Part shown: positions 11,993 to 23,951 of the stretch, in pieces | Position numbering within the stretch: position 1 is the stretch's first letter | Layout: every line of letters begins with the position of its first letter | Origin: Octopus vulgaris | Taxonomy: Eukaryota | Direction of reading: 5' to 3' | Assembly (NCBI GenBank): GCA_951406725.2 | Contig: OX597815.1 | Span: 173,042,001 to 173,106,000, forward strand | Length of the DNA: 64,000 nucleotides | Translations under genes and position numbers: made by a program | The notes under the pieces: generated by a model | Told to the model about the DNA's origin: nothing | Database searches by the model: none | What the model saw: only the letters and a program-made list of their open reading frames with translations

Positions 11993-12904
11993 GTTTGTGA
12001 TGTAAAGTGTCATTCTGGTTTTCTGGTAATTTTCATATTCCATACTTTATTATTTCTGTTGTATGCCTGAGCTGTAGTTTATAATTAGTTAGCAGAGGAA
12101 CCCAGTGATGGTTGGTTGTTGTATCAAAATAATATATTTCTAACATGTCTAACTATTTTATAGAGGTTTCATTCATTGCTTCACACATACATATGATATG
12201 ATGGCTTCAACTCAATTTTGATTGTTCTCTTAAACATGGGAAACATGGATATAGCATTTCAGTCCTGTCAGAGATTAGACTCTTTTACACAGGAGCAGCT
12301 GAGACATGCCTTCCTTCCATCATGGGATTTTTCATTCAGCGTTTTGCATTTTTTGGCTATGGCCAGCCTTAGTACACAACATATGAGATATTAAAAATCT
12401 AGCAATGTCTGTGCCTGAGGCTTTTGAAAGTGAGGAAAGATCTTACACAGGACCAATCTCACTCTCTGAATAACGTATACACATGTATATAAAATGACTG
12501 AAGGGTTTGATTCAAGGGAAATTTCACTGCTATTTCTGGATACATTTAGCTACGATGTAGAGACCTCACATATCTATGAACTAACATTTATCTATATAAA
12601 TTACATAGTATTGTATATATAGTCACATCTTACTTGGTATCAGTCAGTATAATGTCTGTCTCTCACATTGTGTGGTGAACCCTAATATTGTATTTCTACA
12701 AACTTATTGTTGATTTTTATTTTGATTTGATTATTCATTGACATTATGTATTTACTTGTCATAGTTTATATGTGACCTTACTTGTTCAGATTCTCTCTCT
12801 TACACATAGCAATTGTCTTTAGTGTTATATTGTCACTAAATCATCTTAATAGAACCTTTAGATTTTCTTGGGTTTGGTTATATTCAGTAAGAAATATTAT
12901 GTAA

Positions 12905-13715
12905 TATGCAAGAGAGACGACTGCGCTGGTATGGTCATGTAGTGAGAATGGGTGAGGATAGCTGTGATAAAGTGTCACACCCTGTGAGGGAATCTGTGGA
13001 AGAGGTAGACCCAGGAAGACCTGAGATGAGGTGTTGAAGCACAACCTTCAAACATTAGGCCTCACCGAGGCAATGACTAGTGACTGAGACCTTTGGAAAT
13101 ATGCTGTGCTTGAGAAGACCTGGCAAGCCAAGTGAGACTATAACCTGTGACCTATGCCAGGGGTGTAACCAGCCCACTTATGCATACCTTTCCCTCATTG
13201 GACACTAAACACACCTTGCAAAGACCTGTTGAGGCAAGTGAAAATGAAATCAAATTCAATGACTGCCCCACATGACTGGTGTCCATGCTAGTGGAGTGCT
13301 AAGAGCATCATCCGAGCATGATTGTTGCTAGAGCAGCTGACTGGCTTCCATGCAGGTGGCACATAAAAAGCACCATTCGAGCATAGTCATTACCAGCATC
13401 ACCTTACTGGCACGTGAAAAGATTACTCGAGCAAGATCGTTGCCAGTGCCGCTGGACTGGCTCCTGTGTAGGTGGCATGTAAAAAACACCATTTGAGTGT
13501 GGCCATTGCCAGTACCACCTGACTGGCCCTCGTGCTGGTGGCACGTAAAAGCACTCACTACACTCTCGGAGTGGTTGGCGTAAGGAAGGGCATCCAGCTG
13601 TAGAAACTCTGCTAGATCAGATTGGAGCTTGGGGCAGGCATCTGGTTCGCCAGTCCTCAGTCAAATCATCTGACCCATGCTAGTATGGAAAGCGGACGTT
13701 AAACGATGATGATGA
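12905..13715 (+). mobile_element. RTE LINE 3' fragment with 3' UTR tandem units and (gat)n tail
   Basis: ERRLRWYGHVVRM...GRGRPRKT, about 4 tandem units, the terminal module and ggacgttaaacgatgatgatg. Confidence 0.9.
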
Positions 13716-14448
13716 CACTACTGATGCAATGTCATCATCTCCAACTGGACATTAGATGAAAAGAACTCTAGCTGTGACCATTGTGTCTCTTTCTCCAGTC
13801 AGAGCACAGTGCACTGAGAACCACATCATCCATTCTTGTTTTTGTTTTTTTTCTGCCTGTGATATGAATATGCAATTGCTGTCAACAACATGACATCACA
13901 CTATGACTTGGATCCTTTCATGGCAGACTATACCCAGGATATTTTTGTCTGTGTTGTAGTTGTTACTTCACCCCAAATCAGTCAGCTGAACAAACCAATG
14001 GTTAAAAAGCTTTCCAGTTTTGACCATTCTTTTTTTTTTTTCTATTAGCATACTATTCAGTTCCTAGAATCTCTATGTACATCCCATTCTATCTTCTGTT
14101 ACCAACTCCAGTCCACCATCTCAATTTTTATCCAGTAAATGTATATTTTTGTACAATCCTTCCTTTCCAGATAAATGAGCAAAACTTACAAATTGCAGAG
14201 TGAAAACTTTTCCACATGGTGATTTACATATATCAAATAAATTTAAGCTTTGTAAAATTTCAGTTAAAGAATTAAGACTAGGTCCACATTTAAGTAACAA
14301 ATGAGATCATAATTCAACATCTTATTTCAGTAATGGTTCTTGTCACAATTCATTTACACTTTTCCCTAATTCTTTCAAATATCAGTTTTTGTGTGTGATT
14401 AATGGAGAAAGTAGTCTTTGTGTGTGGTAAATGTGTGGGTACAATAAG

Positions 14449-15575
14449 CACTAAAAATGCAGAGACAGTAGACTCTTTCAAGTGCATTGGGTCATTAGAA
14501 GTAGTAAATAACTTATATTACCTAGGAGATCAAGTTAGCAATGGAGGAGGAAGTTCTGAAAGTGTAGTTGCCTGAATAAGAACGGGCTGGATAAAGTTCA
14601 GAGAGCTTCTACATTTGTTAGTAACTAAGAGCCCCTCCCTCAGAGAGGAAGGCAGATTGTATGATGTTTGTGTATGTACAACTATGCTACATGGCAGTGA
14701 AACATGGGCTCTGACTACAGAGGACTTGTGAAGGCTTGAAAGAAATGAAGCTACCATGCTTCAATGGATGGGTAATGTCAGTGTGCACACATGGCAGGGT
14801 AGGTGATTTAAGAGAAAAACTGGGTATAAAAGGCATTAGTGTGCAAGAGAGAAGACTGCACTGGTTTGGTCATGTGATGTGTATGGATAAGGACAACCTG
14901 TGTAAAGAAGTACCAAGCTCTAATTGTGGAGGGAACTTGTGGAAGAGGTAGACCTAGGAAGTCAAGGGACAGTGTTGAGAAAGGATCTCCAGGCACTGTG
15001 TCTCATTGAGTAAATGACAAGCAACCAGGAGTTGCGACGATTTGCTGTACTTGAGAAGACATGTCAAGTCAAGAAAAATCACTGCCATCTATACATTTAG
15101 GCTTGTCCTTAACAGGTGCCAGTGCTGCATAAATGCTCCCATGCTAGTAGCACTTAAAAAAACACCCAGCACACTCTGAAAAGTGCTTGACATCAGCAAG
15201 GATATCTAGCTGTAGAAACCATGCCACAACAGACAATTGTAGTCTAGACATCTCCTGCACTAAAAATACAGAGACAGTAGACTCCTTCAAGTGCAGGGGG
15301 TGGGATCATTAGAAGTAGCAAATAACTTATATTACCTAGGAGATCGAGTTAGCAGTGGAGGAGGAAGTTCTGAAAGTGTAGTTGCCTGAATAAGAACGGG
15401 CTGGATAAAGTTCAGAGAGCTTCTACATTTGTTAGTAACTAAGAGAGGAAGGCAGATTGTATGATGTTTGTGTATGTACAGCTATGCTACATGCCAGTGA
15501 AACATGGGCTCTGACTACAGAGCCAACCCATGCCAGCATGGAAAATGGACGTTAAACGATGATGATGATCATCAT
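14449..15575 (+). mobile_element. RTE LINE 3' fragment with an internal ~260-bp duplication
   Basis: VQERRLHWFGHVMCMDKD; 14449-14721 is repeated at ~15257-15522, just before the tail. Confidence 0.85.
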
Positions 15576-15850
15576 CAGTATTTTTTTTTTTTTTTTTACT
15601 TGTTTTGGTCATTTGACTGCAGCCATGCTGATGATTGGTGACAAAAAGCAGCATCAAAATTACTCTGCAGTCACAAGTATTGATTGATGAAAAATCACAT
15701 CTTTTAATTTAAAGTACTTAGAATGTAGATACCACCAAACAGATATAACAATTTCCGCTGTCATACAAATCTTTTCAAAAAATTGTTGCTTATACAATTA
15801 TATATTTTTTCTCAATTAAATTCAAATCTACTACTTTCTTATATTTTTAG

Positions 15851-15989
15851 AAACTCCCAGAAGTTCCCACCCTAAGTATGACACAGACCGCACCTGACTT
15901 TCTTCCTTTTTACTCTAAGACTCAAACCAGACCACATATATCAGTTTTACAGAGAGATAATATTGATCCACAGAAATATCATATACCTG
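15851..15989 (+). CDS. FAM166B: FAM166/CIMIP2-family protein, exon 4 (KLPEVPTL...DPQKYHIPG)
   Basis: AG/GT boundaries, phases 0->1; KYHIPG motif. Confidence 0.85.
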
Positions 15990-16268
15990 GTAATGTAATA
16001 TTATTTAGAGTTGAATATTTACTTAACATTCCATAACTAAAGATTTTTCTTTAAAATATTTGAAAGAGAATGGGAATTGTACTAAAATGTATTTTTATGA
16101 ATTATTTTGTAAGTTAAGATTGTCAATACATCTACCTTAAATTCAGATAACTAGGTAAAGATTGTGAATCATGCAATAATTTTGCTTTCTTGATACCATT
16201 CACAGTAAAGTCATAGAACTGGTTTACAATTCAGTAAAAGCTAAAACTGAATTAACTTCTAATTTCAG

Positions 16269-16484
16269 GATATGCCGGATTTGTACCTCGTTATCGACCA
16301 TTGATAGGAAGGGTATATCCAGAGCTGACACATCAAGCTTTGTGCCAATTTACTGATGAAATGGAAAGAAGAGAAATGAAACCTACAACTGCAGCTGCAA
16401 GTGAATGTAAGAAAGGCCTTGCAGACACATATATTTATCCAGAAAAAAGTTCCATTGTACCAATGTATACAGGACATATTCCAG
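16269..16484 (+). CDS. FAM166B: FAM166/CIMIP2-family protein, exon 5 (YAGFVPRYRPLIGRVYPELTHQAL...VPMYTGHIPG)
   Basis: AG/GT boundaries, phases 1->1; GYAGFVPR and YTGHIPG motifs. Confidence 0.9.
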
Positions 16485-16514
16485 GTAAAGTTTTACAGTA
16501 ATGTCAACATAAGC

Positions 16515-16650
16515 ATAGACATGGCTGTGTGGTAAGAAGTTTGCTTCCCAACCACATGGCTTTGGGTTCAGTCCCTCAGTCTACTGTAGACTTGGTCTGA
16601 CCAGAGCCTTGTGGGTGGATTTGGTTGACTGAAACTGAAAGAAGCTTTTT
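16515..16650 (+). mobile_element. tRNA-derived SINE, family A
   Basis: tggctgtgtggtaag A box, ggttcagtccc B box, shared body. Confidence 0.8.
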
Positions 16651-17027
16651 GTATGTATATATATATATGTATGTGTCCCACCACAACTTGACAACTGATG
16701 TTGGTTTGTTTATGTTTCATAGTTAACAGAGATAGTCCAAGATAGTCCAGTACCTTCTCCAAGAGAAAATGTGTCATCTACCTAATGCTATAAAACTGAA
16801 GCATTGTCCAGGAGATCAGAGAGAACATTTAAGTGCTATGAAAATGTAGAAGATTCTTGATATTTAACAATATAAAAAGTTTTTCATAGAATCTTGTTTC
16901 CAACAATTTTTCAATTCCTTTGAGACTACTTATCACATATTCTTTGCATTGTAGCTTTTCTGCAATCATTTTTCTTGAAGTATATCCCTTTATGCATCTA
17001 GTATACATTTTCTTTCTTCATTTGTAG

Positions 17028-17116
17028 GTTTACGAGATTCTTTTGGGAAAACATTAGGCAACAATACTTATGATATAAGAAACCAACTAATTAATGAGGG
17101 AATCATAAAATACTGA
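17028..17116 (+). CDS. FAM166B: FAM166/CIMIP2-family protein, last exon (LRDSFGKTLGNNTYDIRNQLINEGIIKY*)
   Basis: Acceptor tttgtag, phase 1; FGKTxG motif; TGA at 17114-17116; AATAAA at 17318. Total CDS 882 nt = 293 aa. Confidence 0.85.
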
Positions 17117-17679
17117 ATACAGAAAGATGTTGAATGGTTTGGTCATTTTGCAAGGAAAGTAAAGAGTTAATATTTAAGCTGTAAAGAACACTAACAAATC
17201 CAGTATAAAATCATTTTCCTTTAAAGAGTAATTCCTTTTTCAAACAAAGCTGTTATTTTAGTATGGAGGGGAACAATTTGTAAGAGTATGTTATATATCT
17301 TTTATACAATAGTGACAAATAAAATATATTGAAGTGTTATATTTATTATCAACATGTAGTATGACAGTAAATCCTATAATTGATTGCAAGTGATACATCA
17401 GAAGCTCTTATTTTATCTTCCTTTTGCATTCATGAATGTCTTAATGTATGCACTAATTTTTTTTCCTTGCTGCCAATCAACTTAGAAAGCTCTTACAGTA
17501 TCACCCCTTTACAATAGCCAATATGTCTACTTATTTATGCTACTCTTTTGTGATAAATACTCTTCACCTATATATATTGACAAGCATGAGGATTATTTGT
17601 AAGATTAACAAAGCAGCTAAAACTTGTAAGATTAACAAAGCAGCTAAATTTAGAGAGATCTGAGCCATCACACCCAAAT

Positions 17680-17942
17680 AGTTCCCACCAAGGTTCAATC
17701 CTCAGCCCCCTCCTATTTATCGTAGTCCTCCAGGCAATAACAGAGGAATTCAAGACAAGTTTTAGGTGTGGAAGCAAGGATAAGAATCGAAGGGCCTTAG
17801 AGTCAACCTACCTAAAACCAAAGTCCTAATAAGTAGGAAGGCAGACAAACCACAAATCCCTTCAGGTAGATGGCTCTGTCCAATCTGTAGAAAAGGCATA
17901 GGTAGAAACTCTATAAGATGTACCCAGTGTAAGCTATGGACC
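17680..17942 (+). mobile_element. RTE internal fragment (RT to PHD finger)
   Basis: HQGSILSPLLFIVVLQAITEEFK...CPICRKGIGRNSIRCTQCKLW. Confidence 0.85.
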
Positions 17943-18183
17943 TGATGAATGTCATGCTTGCATTACTGTCACTTACCTTCACTATTACCAATACCATCAC
18001 TACCAATGTAGGAAAGCCCAACGCAGTCCCTCAATTTATTATAAATAGCAGTCAACTCTCTGTAATTATAAGATAGTCATGGCAAAAACTCCTTGTGAAG
18101 AAGTATGTACTGCTACCTTAGGATACAAAATAGTAAATGAACAGGAAAAAGAAATTAAAGAAACATTTAAATGTGAAGCCAAT

Positions 18184-18353
18184 TTATTTTGAAACTAAAA
18201 CTGGTGTAGGAAAATATCGATTTGATGCAACATGTTCTATTAGATATTCACCACCCATTTCTTCATACATAGCTCTGGTAACACTGCAAGAATGAACCAA
18301 TGGTGAAAGAGCCCACTGTCTTGCACCATGCCAAGCATCCAAAATAGGATCAG
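18184..18353 (-). CDS. ACTR5: ACTR5 last exon ([14 protein letters not shown]...[27 protein letters not shown])
   Basis: Diagnostic Arp5 C-terminus; acceptor ttttcag, phase 1. Confidence 0.95.
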
Positions 18354-18934
18354 CTGAAAATAGGTAGAAAAAACAAAGGTATCCAAAAATAATCAAAGAC
18401 ATAAAATTCTGACAATCACAAAAGAAAAAAAGTAAATATATGTATATAAACTAAACTGATTAACTTATTTCTTTGCAATATCTCATAAGAATGAGAAATA
18501 TGGTTTCCAAATGTTACACACTCATTTGCCAGAAGCAATAATTTTCATAATTAAAATTAAGAAAACAAATTAATCCATTACATAGTTATACAGTATCCTT
18601 ATAGACTAAATTTTAAGAATTAAATATCTGTTACAAACATAGTGTAGCACTGGCAATAGGATATGAGATCTTGAAGCCTTCATGTGGCTGGACAGTACTA
18701 TTATCATAGTCATCTGTGGCTCCACTGATGGACATCACAAACCGTATACAAATACCTTTTAATATTTAAGAAAGTTTGGTGGAATATTCTAATTTAAACT
18801 GACTCATGCATAATAAGAGAGAGAAAGATTATAAAACACATGTACTATTATGGGATTTACTTAACTGGTGATTGTAAATCCCTCCTCTCTGTTAGGAGAC
18901 ACAAACACTTTCACACACATGATAGGAATTTACA

Positions 18935-19050
18935 CTTGCCAAATTCAACCACAAGCAAGGCTATAGCAGAAGACACTTGCCCAAGGTGCTATGCAGTGTG
19001 ACTGAACCTGAAACCATGTGGTTGAGAAGCAAGCTTCCTAACCACACATC
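18935..19050 (-). mobile_element. tRNA-derived SINE, family A
   Basis: Reverse-complement match to the other family A copies. Confidence 0.75.
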
Positions 19051-19824
19051 CACACTGAGCAGTTTCTACAAAATCATTTAATAGTTCTAATAATCATCAG
19101 TGCAGTTTATAATGCTAAAAGCAGTACTACTTTTAGCAACATATCAAATGCACTGCTCATAAATTTCTTCTTTTTTAATGCATTTAAATAAAATATTTAC
19201 AATCACCAATAAAATAAATCCAACAATGTGCACTCTCTCATTGTGCTTACATTTGAAGAAATATTTAACAAAACACTGAACTTTATGATAAAAGGTATTT
19301 ATAGTTTGTGATTTCTATCCAAGATAGTCACAGATGACTATGGTCCTTGTGTTGCACAACCCTCTAGAGGCTCAACAGTTTGTATTTCAGTTCACCTAAC
19401 TGTAAACAAATACAGTTAGTGACTGGAACAAGAATACCAGTTCTCACTATAAGCTGCCTATGGCAGTAAATATGCAACCATATCATTAAACCTATATGTT
19501 AACATCTAGTACAAGGTGAATATTTAATCTTGAAGGATTTCACAATAAAATTTTCAAAAATGACATTATATACAGTTCTATTCAATATTCTGTCCCGTAA
19601 GAAAATGGCTTGATATTTTGAGGTATACATAGCTGATATTCTTCACAAATATTTCCTACCATCTTGGGAACTCAGTGCAAATACTGTGTGTGTGTGTGTG
19701 TGCACGTACGCGAGTGTGCGTACATGTAAATGAATGTGTGCTATTCTAAATTGTCCACAAATAAATTAAGGTTTCAAATTATTAAACACTGAAATAATAT
19801 CTGAAGAATTTAAAGTTTTTTTAC

Positions 19825-19936
19825 CTGCACGATAGACAGAGAATGTGGTTTGAAATGGACGTATGGCAAGAAGATCTCGTTCCATTCTTTTATTGAAATT
19901 ATTAAACATGGCATTTGATCCTGTCAGGAAGACACA
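19825..19936 (-). CDS. ACTR5: ACTR5 exon (CVFLTGSNAMF...RDLLAIRPFQTTFSVYRA)
   Basis: GT-AG, phases 0->1; VFLTG and RPF Arp5 motifs. Confidence 0.93.
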
Positions 19937-20214
19937 CTGAAAATAAAATAGCTTTTATTAAATATGTATTGTTACCTTTTTTTCCTTTCTGATAAACATA
20001 AAATATGATTTCTGTCCTATCAAGTCATGTATATCCCATAAATTGCATTTTAGGTACCCAGGAAAAATAATTAAAAATAAAATTTGAAGGTTAAAAAACC
20101 CCACCTATTCTGATAAGAGTTTGAAACTAGAAAGTATGTTAAGTGAAAATATGTAGTTCATCTCCATTTGATCACAAAGTTACTTAATAAGATACGTAAA
20201 AACACCTTTTTTGA

Positions 20215-20426
20215 GCGCGAGCATGGTCGTTGCCAGAACCGCCTGATTGGCTCTTGTGCTAGTGGCACCCACTACAATCTTGGAGTGGTTGGCATTAGGA
20301 AAAGCATCCAGTTGTAGGAACTTTGCCAGACCAGATTAAGCCTGGTGCAGCCTCTGGCTCACCAGTCCTCAGTCAAACCGTCCAACCCATGCCAGCATAG
20401 AAACGGACATTAAACGATGATGATGA
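20215..20426 (+). mobile_element. RTE 3' terminal module (truncated copy)
   Basis: ggagtggttggcattaggaaaagcatccagttgtag...ggacattaaacgatgatgatg. Confidence 0.85.
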
Positions 20427-21653
20427 TAAACATTGTCTCCTTAGATCTAAGGAGCTATTTAAGACAAATGATTGATGATTTCCTATCCCAGGTAACATTC
20501 CCAGATGACTTGGTAACTATTCCTGGCAACTAGTTGAACTGAGGCACACATGACTGAGTGTATTATACAGACACGCAAAATATCTGTAGTTGATTTTAAT
20601 GCAAAGACAATGAGCTAGTTGGTTATCCATCAAGTTATCTACAGTTACAGTTCTTGATTGTTCATACAATTAGTTGCACTAAGTTCCATGTTCAGACTTC
20701 TGTTAGTAATATGATTGAGATGGGGTGCATGGATGGGTCTCCCAGTGTGGGCTTGAAGGCTTTACGAAACAGGCTTTCTACAAACTTGCATGATTTACTC
20801 TGACGTTCAGTTATGTCAAATGTAATGATTTTCTATCAAGTCTTCCTACACCTATGCTTACAACATGAACCTTTACCTCAATACATTCTCTACTAACACT
20901 ATATATACCTGCTGAAACTGTTAAACATATTCACAAACTGCTTGCACTCACTCTACTCATGCACAGTTATCAGCTCATAATCATCTCGTTCTTCTTCAGG
21001 TTTCAGTGTACACTACATATCATGCAATTTATCCTTCATTCAAAGTCAGAAACCTTCTATCAAGTCATGAAACTTTTTATCTTATCTAACTTAGCCATTT
21101 TGCTATTACCAAATATATCCAGCATTAATCATGGTCACTTAGAATCTCATATACTACTTATAGCAAACTGTCTAGGGGGTTCAAGATCTTTAGATTATGT
21201 CTCATGTTGCAAGATTTCTTGGTTGCAGCTAGCATATCTTTTGCTGTACAACACTGTCAATCCAACAGCAGTCATCTCACTGTATTGGTAACATTAAATT
21301 TTTGCCTACTTCTTACATATACATCAGTAAACTTTCATTTGGTTGTTATTTTAAAAGTTTCAGACTTATTCTGCAGTTCTTTGATAGAATTTTTGTTATA
21401 TAAATCTTTTCATTTACATAAAGGAGTTTCCATAAGAAACCATGTCCGTACTCTTTTGTGATTGTCTGCAGGAAGATAATGAATAAAAAAATGGCTAAGA
21501 ACAGAACCTTGCTGCATACTAAATTCCCTTGCCTGTACAAACCATTACTACATTTTCTTGTTGCCACCACACTGATAATCATGAATCAATGTGTACAATA
21601 TGCCACAGACTACAAAAAATTTGTAATGTAAAAGTAATTTTACAGGGACTTAC

Positions 21654-21771
21654 CTGAACCAAGGCATTCTGTTCAGATGGAGAACATTTTTTCAATACAT
21701 AATCAACCATTTCTGAAAGACCAGCCTGTTCAATTCCAATCATAGAAGGCTGGAATAATAGCTCTGGAACT
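21654..21771 (-). CDS. ACTR5: ACTR5 exon (RVPELLFQPSMIGIEQAGLSEMVDYVL...)
   Basis: GT-AG, phases 2->0; actin-fold PE.LFQPS motif. Confidence 0.95.
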
Positions 21772-22069
21772 CTGAAGTAATTTCAATAAATAAGATGTAT
21801 AAGTTCAAAAATGTAGTAAGTAATGTCTTTGTTGAGGAGGAAGATGAGATAGGAAACAGAGAGAACTGGATGTTTCAAAATAAGCTAACAGACACAGCCC
21901 ATACCTATAGATAAAGCAAGATTCTAGCAAGACTGAAGGTGACATGGTGGTGAATGGTGCATTAGATACAGCCATAAAAGCTATACATCAAGTATACTTA
22001 GAAAGAAGAGAGTTTTCAGTTGTAAAGCAGTACATCAGCGTAAATTAAGATGTTACTGATGAAAAATAT

Positions 22070-22470
22070 GTAATTGCATATGGACAGAGACAGTGGCTTA
22101 AAGAAGTACCAATCTAACTGTGGAGGGAACCTGTGGAAGAAGTAGACCCAGGAAGATATGGGATGAGGTGGTGAAATATAATCTTCAGATGTTGCTCAGA
22201 GGCAATGACAAACGCTGTGCTTGAGAAGACATATCAAGCTAAGTGAAATTGTAATGGCCAGTATCAGTGACATGGAAAAGGCACCTACACCAGTGACACA
22301 TAAAAAGCATCCACTACACTTTGTGAAGTGGTTGGCATCAGGAATGGCAACCAGTCATAGAAACCAAACCAAAACAGCCTGGTGCTGCTCTCCAGCTTAC
22401 CAGTTCCAGTCAAGCCGTCTAACCCATGCCGTTATGGAAGATGAATGCTAAATGATGATGATAATGATAG
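22070..22470 (+). mobile_element. RTE LINE 3' fragment
   Basis: EGTCGRSRPRKIWDEVVK plus the terminal module and (gat)n. Confidence 0.8.
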
Positions 22471-23217
22471 TAACATAGAGCTAACAAATGACATAGAAAT
22501 GTTGGTATGAAAAGCTGATGAATAAGGAGAATGTATAGAAGAGAGAGTACATCAAGTAAACTCAAAAGAGCTATTGAGGTTGAGAGTTGTACAGTCAAAT
22601 GAATCATTAAAAATATAAAGGCAGAGATTATCTGGAACAGCCACTGAGTTGCAAAAAAATATATGACAAATTATGTCACTCATATAGTCAGGCAAAGAAT
22701 GGTGTTATCTGCTATGCATGGCTCAGTATTCAACCCACTCCTGTCTACTATAGTTTAGCTGCCCACATGAAATCCTGTATCCTTGCAACCCATTTCTTAT
22801 AGGTAAACAAATCAAAGAATAGAGAAAAAGTTCCAAATGTAAAAGAAGAGGTTTAAAAGAATACCTAGAAAAAATATAGAACTTTGCCATATGGGAAGTG
22901 TCTATGCTTCATATGCCAAAAAGAAAGAAAGAGTAAGCAAGAATTCTATATAGTGTATCTATTGTAAAAGCTTAGGTGCACAAGAGATGAGGTAGCATCA
23001 TTTGTAAGCTAAAAGAAAGGCTTCATGTGTTGCAGGTGTGCAGGAGCAGTCAGCAGAACATTCATGAAATCAAGTCTTCCAAATACTTGGAAGGTTCTTT
23101 TTTAAAACTACTAGACATCTTCAGTTACCTATGTCACCTAATTAACCGTGGAGTGAATATTTTGAAAGCATAACAGCTTGAGAAAGAACAAAGTGGAAAT
23201 AGTTCAGGGAACTATTG

Positions 23218-23362
23218 GAAGCACTCCGTCGGTTACGACGACGAGGGTTCCAGTTGATCCGAATCAACGAAACAGCCTGCTCGTGAAATTAACATGTAAG
23301 TGGCTGAGCGATCCTATGACCGCAAGTCCGCTGCCCTAACCACTGGGCCATTGCGCCTCCAC
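23218..23362 (-). mobile_element. Internally deleted CORE-like SINE (tRNA head fused to tail)
   Basis: Minus strand ggaggcgcaatggcccagtggttagggcagcggact head; the tail matches 44855-44943. Confidence 0.7.
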
Positions 23363-23429
23363 CTTCAGGAGCTATTATCTATATTGGCAACAAAAACTTT
23401 CAACAAGTGAAGAGTAGATTGTATGATGT

Positions 23430-23680
23430 TTATGAATGAAGTAGGATATTTCGGTCATGTTATGTGGAGAAAATCCCTGGAGAAGGACATCATGCTCGGA
23501 ATGGTCAGTGGCAAGAGAGGAAGAGGCCGACCAAGAACCCGCTGGCTTGACACCATCAAGAGGGATACCGGAATGGACATAGCCAATCTGAAACAACCGG
23601 CCCAGGATAGAACTGACTGGAGGACACTGTTCCAACGAGTAACCGAGAGTCGACTTCGACTGAGCCGATAGATAGATAGG
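23430..23680 (+). mobile_element. BovB-type RTE LINE 3' end
   Basis: YFGHVMWRKSLEKDIMLGMVSGKRGRGRPRTRWLDTI...DRTDWR...VTESRLRL*, then a (gata)n tail. Confidence 0.88.
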
Positions 23681-23870
23681 ATATTGCATGGTAGTAAATT
23701 ATGAGCACTGACAATGGAAGATATGCAAAAGGTAGTAAAGAAATGAAATGAGCAGGTACTACTGGATGTGCAAAGCTAGCAAATGAAAGATAAGACATAT
23801 ATGAAGAAGAAAGGGCAGTGCTCATGGCCTACACAAGCCCTGAAATTATTATAGGAGGAAGAAAACTAAC

Positions 23871-23951
23871 CTGATTCTTTCTACTCCCAAATGGAGACGG
23901 TAATATTCAGCAATATCAAATTCTCCAATTCCAGCATTTTCCTCGAGTTCC
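23871..23951 (-). CDS. ACTR5: ACTR5 exon (ELEENAGIGEFDIAEYYRLHLGVERI)
   Basis: GT-AG, phases 2->2; LHLGVERIR motif. Confidence 0.93.

Noticed and set aside
16515-16575. Functional tRNA genes at SINE heads (also 25809, 44637)
   Set aside because: A and B boxes run into repeat bodies; no complete cloverleaf.
17597-17650. Short tandem duplication (~27 bp x2)
   Set aside because: Ordinary slippage duplication with no further structure.
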